Shown here: positions 28,533 through 38,245 of the stretch, piece by piece
How the letters are laid out: every line of letters begins with the position of its first letter
Numbering within the stretch: position 1 is the first letter of the stretch
NCBI GenBank assembly: GCA_903928345.1
Contig: CAIYQO010000266.1
Span: forward strand, 2,029 to 66,028
Length of the DNA: 64,000 nt
Reading direction: 5' to 3'
DNA from: an uncultured bacterium
GTDB taxonomy: Bacteria > Armatimonadota > Hebobacteria > CAIYQO01
Made by a program: the position numbers and the translations under genes
Notes under the pieces: model-generated
Told to the model about the DNA's origin: nothing
The model's input: only the letters and a program-made list of their open reading frames with translations
The model's database searches: none

Positions 28533-31500
28533 ATGCCTACCCGCGCGTTTTTCCTCGCCCTCGGCGTTTGCGCCGTGCTGTGCCTCGCCGCTCTGACGGC
28601 GCGCGCCACGGAGACGGAGCATCTCGGCCTGCAGGTCCTCCCCGCGCCCGGCGCGGTGACGGTGGACGGCAACGCCGCCGACTGGGATCTCTCCGGCGCC
28701 ATCTTCACCTGCGGTGATGTGGAAGGGCAGCGCGAGCAATACGCCGTATGGCTCTCCGCCATGTACGACGCCAAATACCTCTACGTGCTGGCGCGCTGGG
28801 CCGACTCGACGCCGATGAACAACCCCGGTCAGACGATTGCCGACTACGGGTGGGACGGCGACTGCCTGCAGGTGCGCCTCATCACCAACGACGGCACCCC
28901 GCGGAAGCAGGTCAGCGTGGCGAACTGCTGGAAGGGCAGCGATGGCGCGGACGTGGTGCAGATGGACATCGAGGGGCAGGGGCACGGCCCGCGCGGCCTC
29001 GACATGAAGCCGCAGGGTGTGCTGCAGGCCTTCCGCGCCAATCCGGACGGCAAAGGGTACGTGCAGGAGATCGCCTTCCCGTGGGCGCTGCTCACCGCCG
29101 ACCACCAGCCGCTGACCGCCGGCGGCTCCTTCATCCTCACCATGGAACCCAACTTCACCATCGGGCGCAAGGGGCGCCTGAGCATCAAGGACATCTTTCG
29201 CCCCGGCGTCACCATCGACCGCGTCTTCACCTTCATGGCCGCGAACACCTGGGGCGTTGCCACGCTGGAGAAGAAGGGCCACGTCGTCCCGCGCCCGGTG
29301 CGCCTCTCCGACGCGCGCGAGTTCCCGGTGAAGTATGCCGACGGCCAGCCGGTTATCGACTGGACGGGGCTGATCAAGCAAAAGACGTTACTCGGCTTCA
29401 AACCGATCACCTTCACCATGCCCGACGACGGCTATGTGTCGTTGAACCTGTACGATAAGGACGGCACCGTGGTGCGCCAGTTGCTGAACAGCGAATTCCG
29501 CACCAAGGGCAAGCAGACCGTGCTGTGGGACGGGCTGACGACGACGAATTTCCGCACGCCGGGCACGCCGGTCGCCGCCGGCAGCTACACCTGGCATGCC
29601 ATCGTGCACAAGGGCATCGGCGTGCGCCTGCGCGGCTGGGCCGCCAACAGCGGCAGCGCCCCGTGGGACGCCAGCGCCACCAGCAACTGGGGCGGCGACC
29701 ACGGCATCCCCTGTGCCTGCGTCGCCGACGACGAGCGCGTCTACCTGGGCTGGAGCGCCGCGGAAGCCGGCAAGGCGCTCCTCGCCTGCGACCGCCAGGG
29801 CCACGTGCTCTGGAAGAACAGCCGCGAGGGCATGGCCGGCGCCGAGTTGCTGGCCGCGGACCACGGCACCCTCTACGTGCAGCACTGGGGCGGCTGCCTG
29901 TACCGCCTCAACACGAAGGACGGCAGCTACCTGGCGTGGGACGGCACCACCTCCGCCGACATCTTCGTGAAAAACTTGTGGGGTGATGCCAAGGGCATGC
30001 CCGAGCGCGCCGACACCATGGCGGTGACCAACGGCACGCTGTACCTGGGCTTCACCAAGGAAAACCTGATCCTCGCCGTCGACGGGAAGAGCGGCGCCGT
30101 GCGCGGAAAGTTCGCCTGCCCGGCGCCCGTATCCCTCTACGCCACCGCCGGCGCGCTGTACGCGGTGAGCGGCGGCACGCAGGTGCTGCGCCTCGACCCG
30201 CGGGACGGCAAGACGACGCCCGTCCTCACCGACCTGACCGCCGCCCACGCGCTCACCCGCGACGCCGCCGGCAACTTCTACGTGGGCATAGGCGACCCGG
30301 ACAACCAGGTGAAGGTGTATTCACCCGACGGCAAGCTCCTCAAGGCGCTCGGGCGTCCCGGCGGGCGCGCGCTGCTCGGTACCTGGCAGCCGGACGGCAT
30401 GCGCTTCATCAGCAGCCTGGCCATCGATGCCGACGGCCAACTGTGGGTGGCGGAGAATGACCGCGTGCCCAAGCGCTTCAGCACGTGGAACACCACCACG
30501 GGCGCGCTGGTAGCCGAATTCTTCGGCCCCTCCTCCTACGGCGCGCTGGGTGGCGCCATCAACCCCCGCGATCCCTACCTGATGGTCGGCCAGGGCTGCG
30601 AGTGGCGGCTGGACCCGAAGACGGGCACGGCACGCTGCCTGGGCGTCATCACCCGCGACGGCATGGAGAACGCGCGCTTCGGCATCGGCGCCAACGGCCG
30701 CCTGTACCTGGCGGTGGCCGCGGACTGGTTCAACGGCCCGGTGGCGATCTATGAGCGGCTGGGCGACGCGAACTACAAGCTGCGTACGCTCCTCACCCCG
30801 CCGAAGCAGGGGCAGCAGATGATTACCGTCTGGTCCGACGCCAACGACGACGGCCGGCAGCAGCCCGAGGAAGTCAAAACATATACCCTGGACCTGAAGG
30901 GCTGGCTCAGCGGCTGGTTCATGCCGATGACCGGCGACCTGACCTTTTGGGGCACGGTGTATGGGATTAAGGTCACCGGCTACACCGCCTGCGGCGCGCC
31001 GCTCTACGATCTGACGCAGGCGGTCAAGCTGCCGGAGCCCGCCAATCTGGCCGGACGCGGTGGCATGGGCGCGCAGTTGGGCCTGGGTTCCACCGACGGG
31101 AAGTTCATGCTCTACAACGGGCATTACATGGCGTCGAACAGCGACTTCGTCTGCTACGACATCGCCTCCGGCAAGGTGAAGTGGACGTACCCCAACAACT
31201 TCGTCGGCGTGCACGGCTCGCATAACGCCGGCCCGCCGGAGCCCGCGCTGATCCGCGGCGCTTATGACATCGCCGGCGCCGCCAAGCTGCCGGTCGTCGG
31301 CGACGTATGGGTGATCGGCACCAACTTCGGCGAGTGGCACCTGCTCACGCAGGACGGTTTTTACCTCACCCGCCTCTTCGAGCCCGACCCGTTGAAGGTG
31401 AAGTGGCCGGATCCGGCGGTGCCCGGCGTAGATATGAACCACGTGCCCAGCGGCATGGGCGGCGAAGACTTCGGCGGCTCAGTCACGCAAGGCACCGACG

Positions 31501-32351
31501 GCACGCTGTCGCTGCAGGTCGGCAAAACGGGGTACTGGAACGTGGAAGTGACCGGCCTGCCGGAGATCCAGGCGTTGAAGGGCGGCGCGGTGACGATCAA
31601 GCCGGCCGAGGTGGTGCAGGCGCAGGGCTTCCGCGAAGGATATCTGCAGGCTGCGGTGGGCAAGCAGCGGCTGAGCGTGGCCCACGCCTCCCCCGCCTTC
31701 ACGGGCGACCCGGCGGCGGATTTCAAGGGGTGCACCCCCGCCGCCTACCGCAAGCAGGACGACGCCGCGGTGAAGACGATGGCCGCCTGGGACGACACCC
31801 ATCTGTACCTGAGCTGGGACGTGGCGGACGCCACCCCGTGGCAGAACAGCGCCACCGACCCCTTCCAGATGTATATCGGCGGCGACACGGTGGACCTGCA
31901 ACTGGGCACCAACGCGGCGGCGGATAAGAACCGCGGCGAAGGCGTCCTCGGCGACCTGCGCGTCTCCATCGGCAACTTCCGCGGCACGCCCACGGCGGTG
32001 CTCTACCGCAAGGTCTCCGCGGTGAAGCAGCCGTATACCTTCAGCTCGGGCGTCATCCGCGCCTACCCGATGGACTACGTGAGCCTCATCGACGGCGCCC
32101 TCATCCACGTGAAGGTGCAGCCGGGCAAGGGGTACGTGGTGGAAGCCTCCCTGCCGCTGGCGGCGCTGGGCTTCACCCCGCGCGAAGGCCTCACCCTGCA
32201 CGGCGACTTCGGCGTCACCCACGGCGACGCCGCAGGCCGCACCCGCCTGCGCACCTACTGGAGCAACCAGCACACCGGCATCGTGGACGACGCCGTCTTC
32301 GAGCTGCAAGTGGAGCCGAAGAACTGGGGCGAGTTGGAATTCAAGCCGTAA
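28533..32351 (+). CDS. giant secreted multidomain protein, type A paralog
   Basis: 1272 aa from MPTRAFFLALGVCAV. VDGNAADWDLSG (CBM9-like). The C-terminal 250 aa are about 60% identical to the C-terminus of 14281. Confidence 0.8.
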   Translation: MPTRAFFLALGVCAVLCLAALTARATETEHLGLQVLPAPGAVTVDGNAADWDLSGAIFTCGDVEGQREQYAVWLSAMYDAKYLYVLARWADSTPMNNPGQTIADYGWDGDCLQVRLITNDGTPRKQVSVANCWKGSDGADVVQMDIEGQGHGPRGLDMKPQGVLQAFRANPDGKGYVQEIAFPWALLTADHQPLTAGGSFILTMEPNFTIGRKGRLSIKDIFRPGVTIDRVFTFMAANTWGVATLEKKGHVVPRPVRLSDAREFPVKYADGQPVIDWTGLIKQKTLLGFKPITFTMPDDGYVSLNLYDKDGTVVRQLLNSEFRTKGKQTVLWDGLTTTNFRTPGTPVAAGSYTWHAIVHKGIGVRLRGWAANSGSAPWDASATSNWGGDHGIPCACVADDERVYLGWSAAEAGKALLACDRQGHVLWKNSREGMAGAELLAADHGTLYVQHWGGCLYRLNTKDGSYLAWDGTTSADIFVKNLWGDAKGMPERADTMAVTNGTLYLGFTKENLILAVDGKSGAVRGKFACPAPVSLYATAGALYAVSGGTQVLRLDPRDGKTTPVLTDLTAAHALTRDAAGNFYVGIGDPDNQVKVYSPDGKLLKALGRPGGRALLGTWQPDGMRFISSLAIDADGQLWVAENDRVPKRFSTWNTTTGALVAEFFGPSSYGALGGAINPRDPYLMVGQGCEWRLDPKTGTARCLGVITRDGMENARFGIGANGRLYLAVAADWFNGPVAIYERLGDANYKLRTLLTPPKQGQQMITVWSDANDDGRQQPEEVKTYTLDLKGWLSGWFMPMTGDLTFWGTVYGIKVTGYTACGAPLYDLTQAVKLPEPANLAGRGGMGAQLGLGSTDGKFMLYNGHYMASNSDFVCYDIASGKVKWTYPNNFVGVHGSHNAGPPEPALIRGAYDIAGAAKLPVVGDVWVIGTNFGEWHLLTQDGFYLTRLFEPDPLKVKWPDPAVPGVDMNHVPSGMGGEDFGGSVTQGTDGTLSLQVGKTGYWNVEVTGLPEIQALKGGAVTIKPAEVVQAQGFREGYLQAAVGKQRLSVAHASPAFTGDPAADFKGCTPAAYRKQDDAAVKTMAAWDDTHLYLSWDVADATPWQNSATDPFQMYIGGDTVDLQLGTNAAADKNRGEGVLGDLRVSIGNFRGTPTAVLYRKVSAVKQPYTFSSGVIRAYPMDYVSLIDGALIHVKVQPGKGYVVEASLPLAALGFTPREGLTLHGDFGVTHGDAAGRTRLRTYWSNQHTGIVDDAVFELQVEPKNWGELEFKP

Positions 32352-32511
32352 CTGCACGCGCGACCATGCGGTTCGCCGCGGTGGGGCAAGCGGGCACACA
32401 CAGGCCGCACCCGTAGCAGCGGGTGCGGTCGAGGTGCAGCGCGCCCTCCGCCATGGTGCGCGCGTGGAAGAGGCAGTGGTCGACGCAGGCGCCGCAATCG
32501 GTGCAGCGCAC
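32341..32511 (-). CDS. small 2x[4Fe-4S] ferredoxin (57 codons, GTG start), absent from the ORF track
   Basis: Hand translation gives (V/M)RCTDCGACVDHCLFHARTMAEGALHLDRTRCYGCGLCVPACPTAANRMVARAVTA*. Two CxxCxxCxxxC(P) motifs. The purine-rich GGTGAGGGG lies 6 nt upstream of the GTG. The stop overlaps the 3' end of 28533 by 11 nt (convergent). Confidence 0.5.
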   Translation of the reverse strand: MRCTDCGACVDHCLFHARTMAEGALHLDRTRCYGCGLCVPACPTAANRMVARAVTA

Positions 32512-32521
32512 TCGGTGCCCC

Positions 32522-33181
32522 TCACCCCAGCAACATCCCCGCCAGTTCGAGCACCGAGGGGAGGAGCAGGTCGGGGTGGGCGGCGGTGAGGGCGGCGGCG
32601 TCGGACTGGCCGGTGAGCACCGCCACGGTGGGCATGTGCGCGGCGTGGCCCATTTCGATATCCATCGGGTGGTCGCCGACCATCAGCGTGACGGCGGGGG
32701 TGCGCTCCAGCAGGTGCAGCATCTCCAGCACGTGCGCCGGGTGCGGCTTGGGACGGTGCACGGCTTCGCGGCAGAGCAAGGCGTCGAAGGGCAGCGGCGC
32801 GTCGCCGATGATGCGCGCCACCGCGGCGCTGGAGTTGCGCGTCACGATGCCCAGCCGATACCCCGCCTGCCGCAAGGCGGCCAGCGCCTCGACCACCCCC
32901 GGCAGCAGGCGGGTGACGGCGGCGGCTTCGTATTCCAACGCGCTCAGCCGCCCCATCGCCTCGTCGCGGAAGGCCGCCGCGCGCAACTGATCCGCCCCCA
33001 GCAGCTCCGCCCCCGCCGCGATCGTCTCCAGCAGTCCCAGCTCGCCCAGGTGCAGCGGGTCCAGCCCGTGTGCGCGCGCCGCGTCCAGCACCACGCGCCG
33101 CATGTGGGCGAAGTCATACGGGCACGTGGCCAGCGTGCCGTCGAAGTCAAAAACCAGCGCCGTTATCCCGAGCAAATGCAT
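32522..33181 (-). CDS. HAD-superfamily hydrolase (phosphoglycolate phosphatase-like)
   Basis: Start MHLLGITALVFDFDGTLA (DxDGT motif I). Motif III/IV GDHPMDIEMG. Confidence 0.75.
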   Translation of the reverse strand: MHLLGITALVFDFDGTLATCPYDFAHMRRVVLDAARAHGLDPLHLGELGLLETIAAGAELLGADQLRAAAFRDEAMGRLSALEYEAAAVTRLLPGVVEALAALRQAGYRLGIVTRNSSAAVARIIGDAPLPFDALLCREAVHRPKPHPAHVLEMLHLLERTPAVTLMVGDHPMDIEMGHAAHMPTVAVLTGQSDAAALTAAHPDLLLPSVLELAGMLLG

Positions 33182-33240
33182 ACCGGCTTCTTCCCCGGTT
33201 GACCGGGATCTCCTGCCACCCCGCGCGTACCATGCCGATA

Positions 33241-33269
33241 TTGACAACGCAAAAGAGCAGTCGTATAGT
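33241..33269 (+). promoter_or_regulatory. sigma70 consensus-like promoter TTGACA-17-TATAGT
   Basis: -35 at 33241-46 and -10 at 33264-69. RBS CAGGAGG, then ATG 33299. Confidence 0.5.
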
Positions 33270-33298
33270 TAGCTATTCTTTTCCCAGGAGGTTCCCCC

Positions 33299-34453
33299 AT
33301 GCGCAAGGGCTTTACCCTGATCGAACTCCTTGTCGTGATAGCGATAATTGCTATCCTGGCCGCTATCCTTTTCCCCGTCTTCGCCAAGGCGCGCGAGAAG
33401 GCGCGGCAGACGGCGTGCATCAACAATCAGAAGCAGATCACCACCGCGACGCTGATGTATGCGCAGGACAACAACGAAATGCTCCCCGACGCCGGCAGCT
33501 TCTGGGGCGCGCTGAACATCGACCGCGGCGTGTTGAAGTGCCAGACGAAGAGCCGCCTCGCCAACGGCTACGTCTACTACAGCGCGATCTCCGGGCAGGC
33601 GCTGGGGAAGATCAACGCGCCGGAGAGCACCGCCCTGACGGGTGATGGGTTGCACAACGCCACGACGACCCCGCTCACCTATGACAACGTGGCCTACACC
33701 GACGCCGACTTCGATACCGCGCGCCACGGCGGCAAATATATCGTCTCCTTCGTCGACGGCCACCAGGAGCTGTACAGCACCGGCGTCTTCGGCAACGCGG
33801 CCGTCTTCGCGCTGGACGAAAACACCGGCACGTCGGCCGGCGACTCCAGCGGCAAAGGCGGCACCGGCACGCTCTTCAACACCGCCAGTTGGACCGCCGG
33901 GCATCTGGGCTACGCGGTGAAGTGCGACGGCAACAACAGCTACGTCGAAATCACCAACAACGCCAACCTGGAGAACGTGCAGGAAAGCAACTACACGCTG
34001 GCGGCGTGGTTCAAGCCCAACAGCAACCCCGCCGGCACCGGCTCCGCCAACAACGCCTGCTACGGCATCATCTGCAAGCAGGGGTACCATACCGGGCTCA
34101 CCTACAACAACGGCGGCACCTTTTCGATGTCGCAGTGGTATAACCCGGGGCCGGCGTGCGCGGGCGCCACGACAAGCGGCACCTACGCGCCGGGGAGCTG
34201 GTATCATGTGGCGGCCACCATCGACCGCACCAACGGCATCGTGAAGCTCTATGTCAACGGGACGCAGGACGGCACGAGCAGCTATACCAAGAACGCCGCC
34301 ATTTACGAGTACAACCAGATGCAGTGGCGCATCGGCATCGCGCAGCCCGGCGCCGGCACGTACCGCTGGTGCGCTGACGGCATCATCGACGACGCGCGCA
34401 TCTACAACAAGGCGCTCTCCGACGCGGAAGTCGCCTACCTCGCCGCGCAGTAA
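33299..34453 (+). CDS. prepilin-type N-terminal cleavage/methylation domain protein with LamG-like (concanavalin-type) domain
   Basis: [28 protein letters not shown] (type IV pilin-like N-terminus). C-terminal ...[24 protein letters not shown]...[16 protein letters not shown] (LamG-like). Confidence 0.8.
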   Translation: MRKGFTLIELLVVIAIIAILAAILFPVFAKAREKARQTACINNQKQITTATLMYAQDNNEMLPDAGSFWGALNIDRGVLKCQTKSRLANGYVYYSAISGQALGKINAPESTALTGDGLHNATTTPLTYDNVAYTDADFDTARHGGKYIVSFVDGHQELYSTGVFGNAAVFALDENTGTSAGDSSGKGGTGTLFNTASWTAGHLGYAVKCDGNNSYVEITNNANLENVQESNYTLAAWFKPNSNPAGTGSANNACYGIICKQGYHTGLTYNNGGTFSMSQWYNPGPACAGATTSGTYAPGSWYHVAATIDRTNGIVKLYVNGTQDGTSSYTKNAAIYEYNQMQWRIGIAQPGAGTYRWCADGIIDDARIYNKALSDAEVAYLAAQ

Positions 34454-34473
34454 GGCGCCGCGCTTCCCCCCCG

Positions 34474-34503
34474 CCCCGGCGGCACCGCCGGGGCGGGTTT
34501 TTT
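34474..34503 (+). terminator. intrinsic terminator
   Basis: CCCCGGCGG-CA-CCGCCGGGG stem followed by CGGGTTTTTTGT. Confidence 0.6.
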
Positions 34504-34534
34504 GTGGAGTCCACCTCCCGCGCGCGGGCACGAG

Positions 34535-34563
34535 TTGACAGCCGCCGTGCGCTCTGGTAGTGT
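34535..34563 (+). promoter_or_regulatory. candidate promoter TTGACA-17-TAGTGT upstream of the NSS transporter
   Basis: -35 at 34535-40 and -10 at 34558-63. Confidence 0.35.
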
Positions 34564-34596
34564 GATGATACTCTAAACGTGACTGAAGGCGTCGGT

Positions 34597-36237
34597 ATGA
34601 CACGTCGCAATGACGAGCACTGGGCGAGTCGGATGGGGGTCATCCTGGCGGTGGCGGGCAGCGCGATCGGGTTGGGGAGTTTTCTACGTTTCCCGACCCA
34701 GGCCGCGCAGTACGGCGGCGCGTTTCTCATCCCCTACCTGGTCGTCCTGCTCTTCATCGGGTTGCCGCTCATGTGGCTGGAGTGGTCCTTCGGCCGCTAC
34801 GGCGGCATTTGGGGCAAACACACCCTGCCCGGCATCTACGAAGCGGCCACCGGTAAAAGCTGGGCGCGCTATCTCGGCGTGCTCGGGCTCTACATCCCCT
34901 TCGTCATCGTCGTCTACTACCTCTACGTCGAGTCGTGGACGCTGGCCTACTCCTTCTTCACCGCCACGAACCAATTCGCCGAGGGGCATGGCGCGGCCGA
35001 CTACCTGCATACCTTCCGCGCCTTCCTGGGCATGAACGATGGCCGGTACGCCTTCTCCTGGCTCGCGGTCGGGGTGCTCGTGCTCACCCTCGTCATCAAC
35101 TTCGTCGTGGCGGCCCAGGACGAGCGCCGCGGCTTGGAGCGCCTCACCTCGGTGGCCATGCCGCTACTATTCCTGCTCTCCGTGGCGTTGGTGGTGCGCG
35201 TGTTCACTCTGCCCGGCGTCGAGGCGGGGCTGGGCCACTTGTGGAAGCCCGACCTGGGCAAGCTGGTGGCGCCCATGACCCTCTTCGGGCACACCTTCCC
35301 CTTCCTGGAACCGAAGGTCTGGCTGGCGGCGCTGGGGCAGGTCTTCTTTACCCTCAACCTGGGCCTCGGCACCGTGCTGGTGGGCGCCAGCTATCTGCGC
35401 AAGGACGACGACACCGCGCTCTCCGGCCTCACCGCGGTCTCGCTGAACGAATTCGGCGAGGTGGTCCTCGGCGCGAGCATCGCGCTACCGGCGGGCATCG
35501 CGCTCCTCGGCGCGTCGACGGTGCTGAAGGTCGCCGCCGACGGCCCGTATACGCTGGGCCTGGTGACCATCCCGCTCATCTTCGAGCGCATGCCCTTCGG
35601 CAGCATATTGGGCGCGGTATGGTTCGTGCTCATCTTCTTCGCCGCCGTGGGCGCCTCCATCGCGCTGCTGCAGCCGATCATCGGCTTTTTCGTGCACGAA
35701 ATCGGCTGGTCGCGGCGCAAGGCGACGATGACGCTGCTCGTCATGACGCTGCTGTATCTCGTCCCCGTGGTGCTCTTCCAACGGCAAGGCTTCATGGCGG
35801 AGATGGACTTCAACGCCGTCAACCTGCTGCTGGCCTTCGGGGCGCTGGTGGAGCTGATCATGTTCCTGGGCGTGTTGGGCATCGAGCGCGGCTGGCAAGG
35901 CATCACCGCCGGCGCCCGCCTGCGCCTGCCGCGCCTGTGGAAAAGCATTCTGTGTTACGTCACCCCCACGCTGCTGATCGTCATCCTGCTAAACTGGTTC
36001 GTGCAGGTCGGCGACGATGCCGCCACGCTGGTGGGGATACCGGACGAGTTCCGTAAGTTCCACATCCTGTCGCGCGTCTGCATGGCGGTGGCGCTGCTGG
36101 GGATGCTGCTGGTCGTGCGCGCGGCCTGGCGCCGCCCGCTGCCCGCGCCCGACGCGGGCCCCGAAGCGGACCTGGGCAGCCTACTCCCGCCGGACGACGC
36201 GCCGCTCATCGCCGAGGAGGTGCCCGGTGTCCACTGA
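34597..36237 (+). CDS. neurotransmitter:sodium symporter (NSS/SNF) family transporter
   Basis: HWASRMGVILAVAGSAIGLGSFLRFP NSS N-terminal signature and about 12 TM helices. ATG 34597 is preferred (RBS GAAGG) over the upstream GTG 34579. Confidence 0.85.
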   Translation: MTRRNDEHWASRMGVILAVAGSAIGLGSFLRFPTQAAQYGGAFLIPYLVVLLFIGLPLMWLEWSFGRYGGIWGKHTLPGIYEAATGKSWARYLGVLGLYIPFVIVVYYLYVESWTLAYSFFTATNQFAEGHGAADYLHTFRAFLGMNDGRYAFSWLAVGVLVLTLVINFVVAAQDERRGLERLTSVAMPLLFLLSVALVVRVFTLPGVEAGLGHLWKPDLGKLVAPMTLFGHTFPFLEPKVWLAALGQVFFTLNLGLGTVLVGASYLRKDDDTALSGLTAVSLNEFGEVVLGASIALPAGIALLGASTVLKVAADGPYTLGLVTIPLIFERMPFGSILGAVWFVLIFFAAVGASIALLQPIIGFFVHEIGWSRRKATMTLLVMTLLYLVPVVLFQRQGFMAEMDFNAVNLLLAFGALVELIMFLGVLGIERGWQGITAGARLRLPRLWKSILCYVTPTLLIVILLNWFVQVGDDAATLVGIPDEFRKFHILSRVCMAVALLGMLLVVRAAWRRPLPAPDAGPEADLGSLLPPDDAPLIAEEVPGVH

Positions 36238-36319
36238 CGCCCTGCTCTTCATGAGTATCACCTGGTGTAGCATTGCCCTGGTCACTTTCTACTGCCTGTG
36301 GCGGCTGGAAAAACGTTAG
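36227..36319 (+). CDS. 30-aa single-TM peptide overlapping the NSS stop (MetS-like small subunit candidate)
   Basis: GTG at 36227, preceded by GAGGAGG (36214-20). Translation VSTDALLFMSITWCSIALVTFYCLWRLEKR. Codon third positions are GC-biased as in genes. Confidence 0.4.
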   Translation: MSTDALLFMSITWCSIALVTFYCLWRLEKR

Positions 36320-36436
36320 CCACGCGCATGAAACTGCCGCGCGCCGGGTACGATACCCCAACGACGCGCCGCCCTGCCGCGTGTTGACCCGCCCTCCCCG
36401 CCGGGTCGCCCATTCCGAGAAGGAGAAGCTCCGCCG

Positions 36437-37291
36437 ATGCCGATATTTGCCGCGTCACCCCTGCCGGATGCCGCGCCGCCCAGCTTCTGGGTGGTCCAGA
36501 CGCTGCCGCACTTCTGGCTCTACGTGCTGGTCAGCACCGTGCTCTTCGTCGGCTTCATGGCCCTGCTGCACCAGTTGCCCGCGCGCGGCAAAAAATGGCT
36601 GATGCTCGGTACCACCTTCCTGGCCGGGTGCTACTTCGTGCTGGAATACTTCCTGCCCGTCCACAAGCTGGATGACGGCACCCTGGGGAACTTCATCACC
36701 CCGACGACGGACCCGGTCAATAACTTCATGATGATCGTGCTGTCGTGGCCGGTGCTGCTGGGCCTCATCAGCCTGGCGACCGTACACGGCACGCGCCTCG
36801 CGAAGGGCAAACCGGGGTGGCACAACAGCCTGGCCTTCTTCCTGGCGCTTATCGGCATGCTCGTGGTCGGCTTCTGGGCGGAGGGGCACGCCAACGCGCC
36901 CGCCGCCGTGCAATTCATTCACGACTCGCTCTATAACGGCCTGCTGGTGAACCTGGACTCCGCCATGTTCGCGCTGCTCGCCTTCTACATTGCCTCCGCC
37001 GCCTACCGCGCCTTCCGCATCCGCACCGCGGAGGCCGCGCTGCTGATGGTTTCCGCGCTGGTGGTGATGCTCGGTGTGGTGGGCGTGGGCGTGGCCATCA
37101 CCAGCCATATCCCCGAGAGTTCGAACTGGGCCTTCTTCCGGCTGGAAAATCTCTCCCTCTGGCTGCTCAAGTGGGTGAATATGCCCGGGCAGCGCGCGGT
37201 GATGATCGGCGTGGCGGTGGGCGCGCTGGCGATGGCGATCCGCCTGTGGCTCAGCCTGGAGCGCGGCGCCTTCTTTTCGGTGGAGGGGTAA
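36437..37291 (+). CDS. polytopic membrane protein (about 6 TM), uncharacterised
   Basis: 284 aa. RBS GAAGGAG. First of three tightly linked membrane-protein genes. Confidence 0.6.
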   Translation: MPIFAASPLPDAAPPSFWVVQTLPHFWLYVLVSTVLFVGFMALLHQLPARGKKWLMLGTTFLAGCYFVLEYFLPVHKLDDGTLGNFITPTTDPVNNFMMIVLSWPVLLGLISLATVHGTRLAKGKPGWHNSLAFFLALIGMLVVGFWAEGHANAPAAVQFIHDSLYNGLLVNLDSAMFALLAFYIASAAYRAFRIRTAEAALLMVSALVVMLGVVGVGVAITSHIPESSNWAFFRLENLSLWLLKWVNMPGQRAVMIGVAVGALAMAIRLWLSLERGAFFSVEG

Positions 37292-37294
37292 ACA

Positions 37295-38245
37295 ATGGGG
37301 CGTTTTCTCGATCTCATGCAGAATCTCGACCGCCGCATCATTTACCTGGTGATCGGCGTGTTGCTGGTAGTGGTGCTGCTCCTCGGCAAGTCGGAAACCG
37401 GCGTGGTGCTGGAGCCGACGCAGAAGTTCTTCGACTCGGTGCAGGCCGCGGATACCTCGCCGCAATCGCACAAGATCATCGTCGTCGGCGTCACCTTCGC
37501 CGCCAACACGCTGGCGGAGAACGGCAACCAGATGCGCGCGCTGGTGCGCCACTTGATGCTCACACACAAACGCTTTGCCGTCGTCGCGGTGGGCGAGCCG
37601 CAGGGCGCCGCCCAAGGCCCACGCATCGTGAAGGATCTGGCCGCGCAGTACGGGTACACCTACGGCACCGACTGGATCGACTTCGGCTACCAGCTCCCGT
37701 CGCTGGGCTTCTACAAGCTCTATACGAAGGACATTCCGAACGCCATCAAGGAAGACGGGCAACTGAAAAAGCCGATCGCCTCCTTCCCGATCATGGACGG
37801 GATCAAGACGGTGAGCGACAATGTCGCGATGCACGTGGAGATCACCGCGTCCTCCAGCGTCTTCGACTGGATTCAATACGTGCAGAACGCGACGCACTTG
37901 AAGATCGGGTATGCCTGTACCGGCGTGATGGCCTCGGAAGCCTACCCGCTGCTCGACTCCGGGCAAATCTCCGGGCTGATGGCCGGGCTGAAGGGCGCGG
38001 CGGACTACGAGCAGTTGACGGACAGCCTGGAGCAGGCACAGGTGCAGGCCGGCACGCGCAAGGCGATGTATGACCCGAAGGCCACCCCCAGCCTGCAGTT
38101 GCCGCAGCCGGCACGCATGTTGATGTTCACGCAAAGCGCCGCTCACCTGGCGATCATCATCTTTATCATCCTGGGCAACGTAGGCCTGTTGTTGTCGACG
38201 CGTCTCGCCCGCAAGAACGGAAAGGAGAGTTCCGCGCATGACTGA
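37295..38245 (+). CDS. bitopic membrane protein with large extracytoplasmic domain, uncharacterised
   Basis: 316 aa with N- and C-terminal TM segments. Starts 4 nt after the previous stop. Confidence 0.6.
   Translation: MGRFLDLMQNLDRRIIYLVIGVLLVVVLLLGKSETGVVLEPTQKFFDSVQAADTSPQSHKIIVVGVTFAANTLAENGNQMRALVRHLMLTHKRFAVVAVGEPQGAAQGPRIVKDLAAQYGYTYGTDWIDFGYQLPSLGFYKLYTKDIPNAIKEDGQLKKPIASFPIMDGIKTVSDNVAMHVEITASSSVFDWIQYVQNATHLKIGYACTGVMASEAYPLLDSGQISGLMAGLKGAADYEQLTDSLEQAQVQAGTRKAMYDPKATPSLQLPQPARMLMFTQSAAHLAIIIFIILGNVGLLLSTRLARKNGKESSAHD

Noticed and set aside
32255-32497. 80-aa ORF in the ferredoxin region.
   Set aside because: Wrong frame; Arg/Pro-rich. The adjacent frame gives the cysteine-motif ferredoxin instead.
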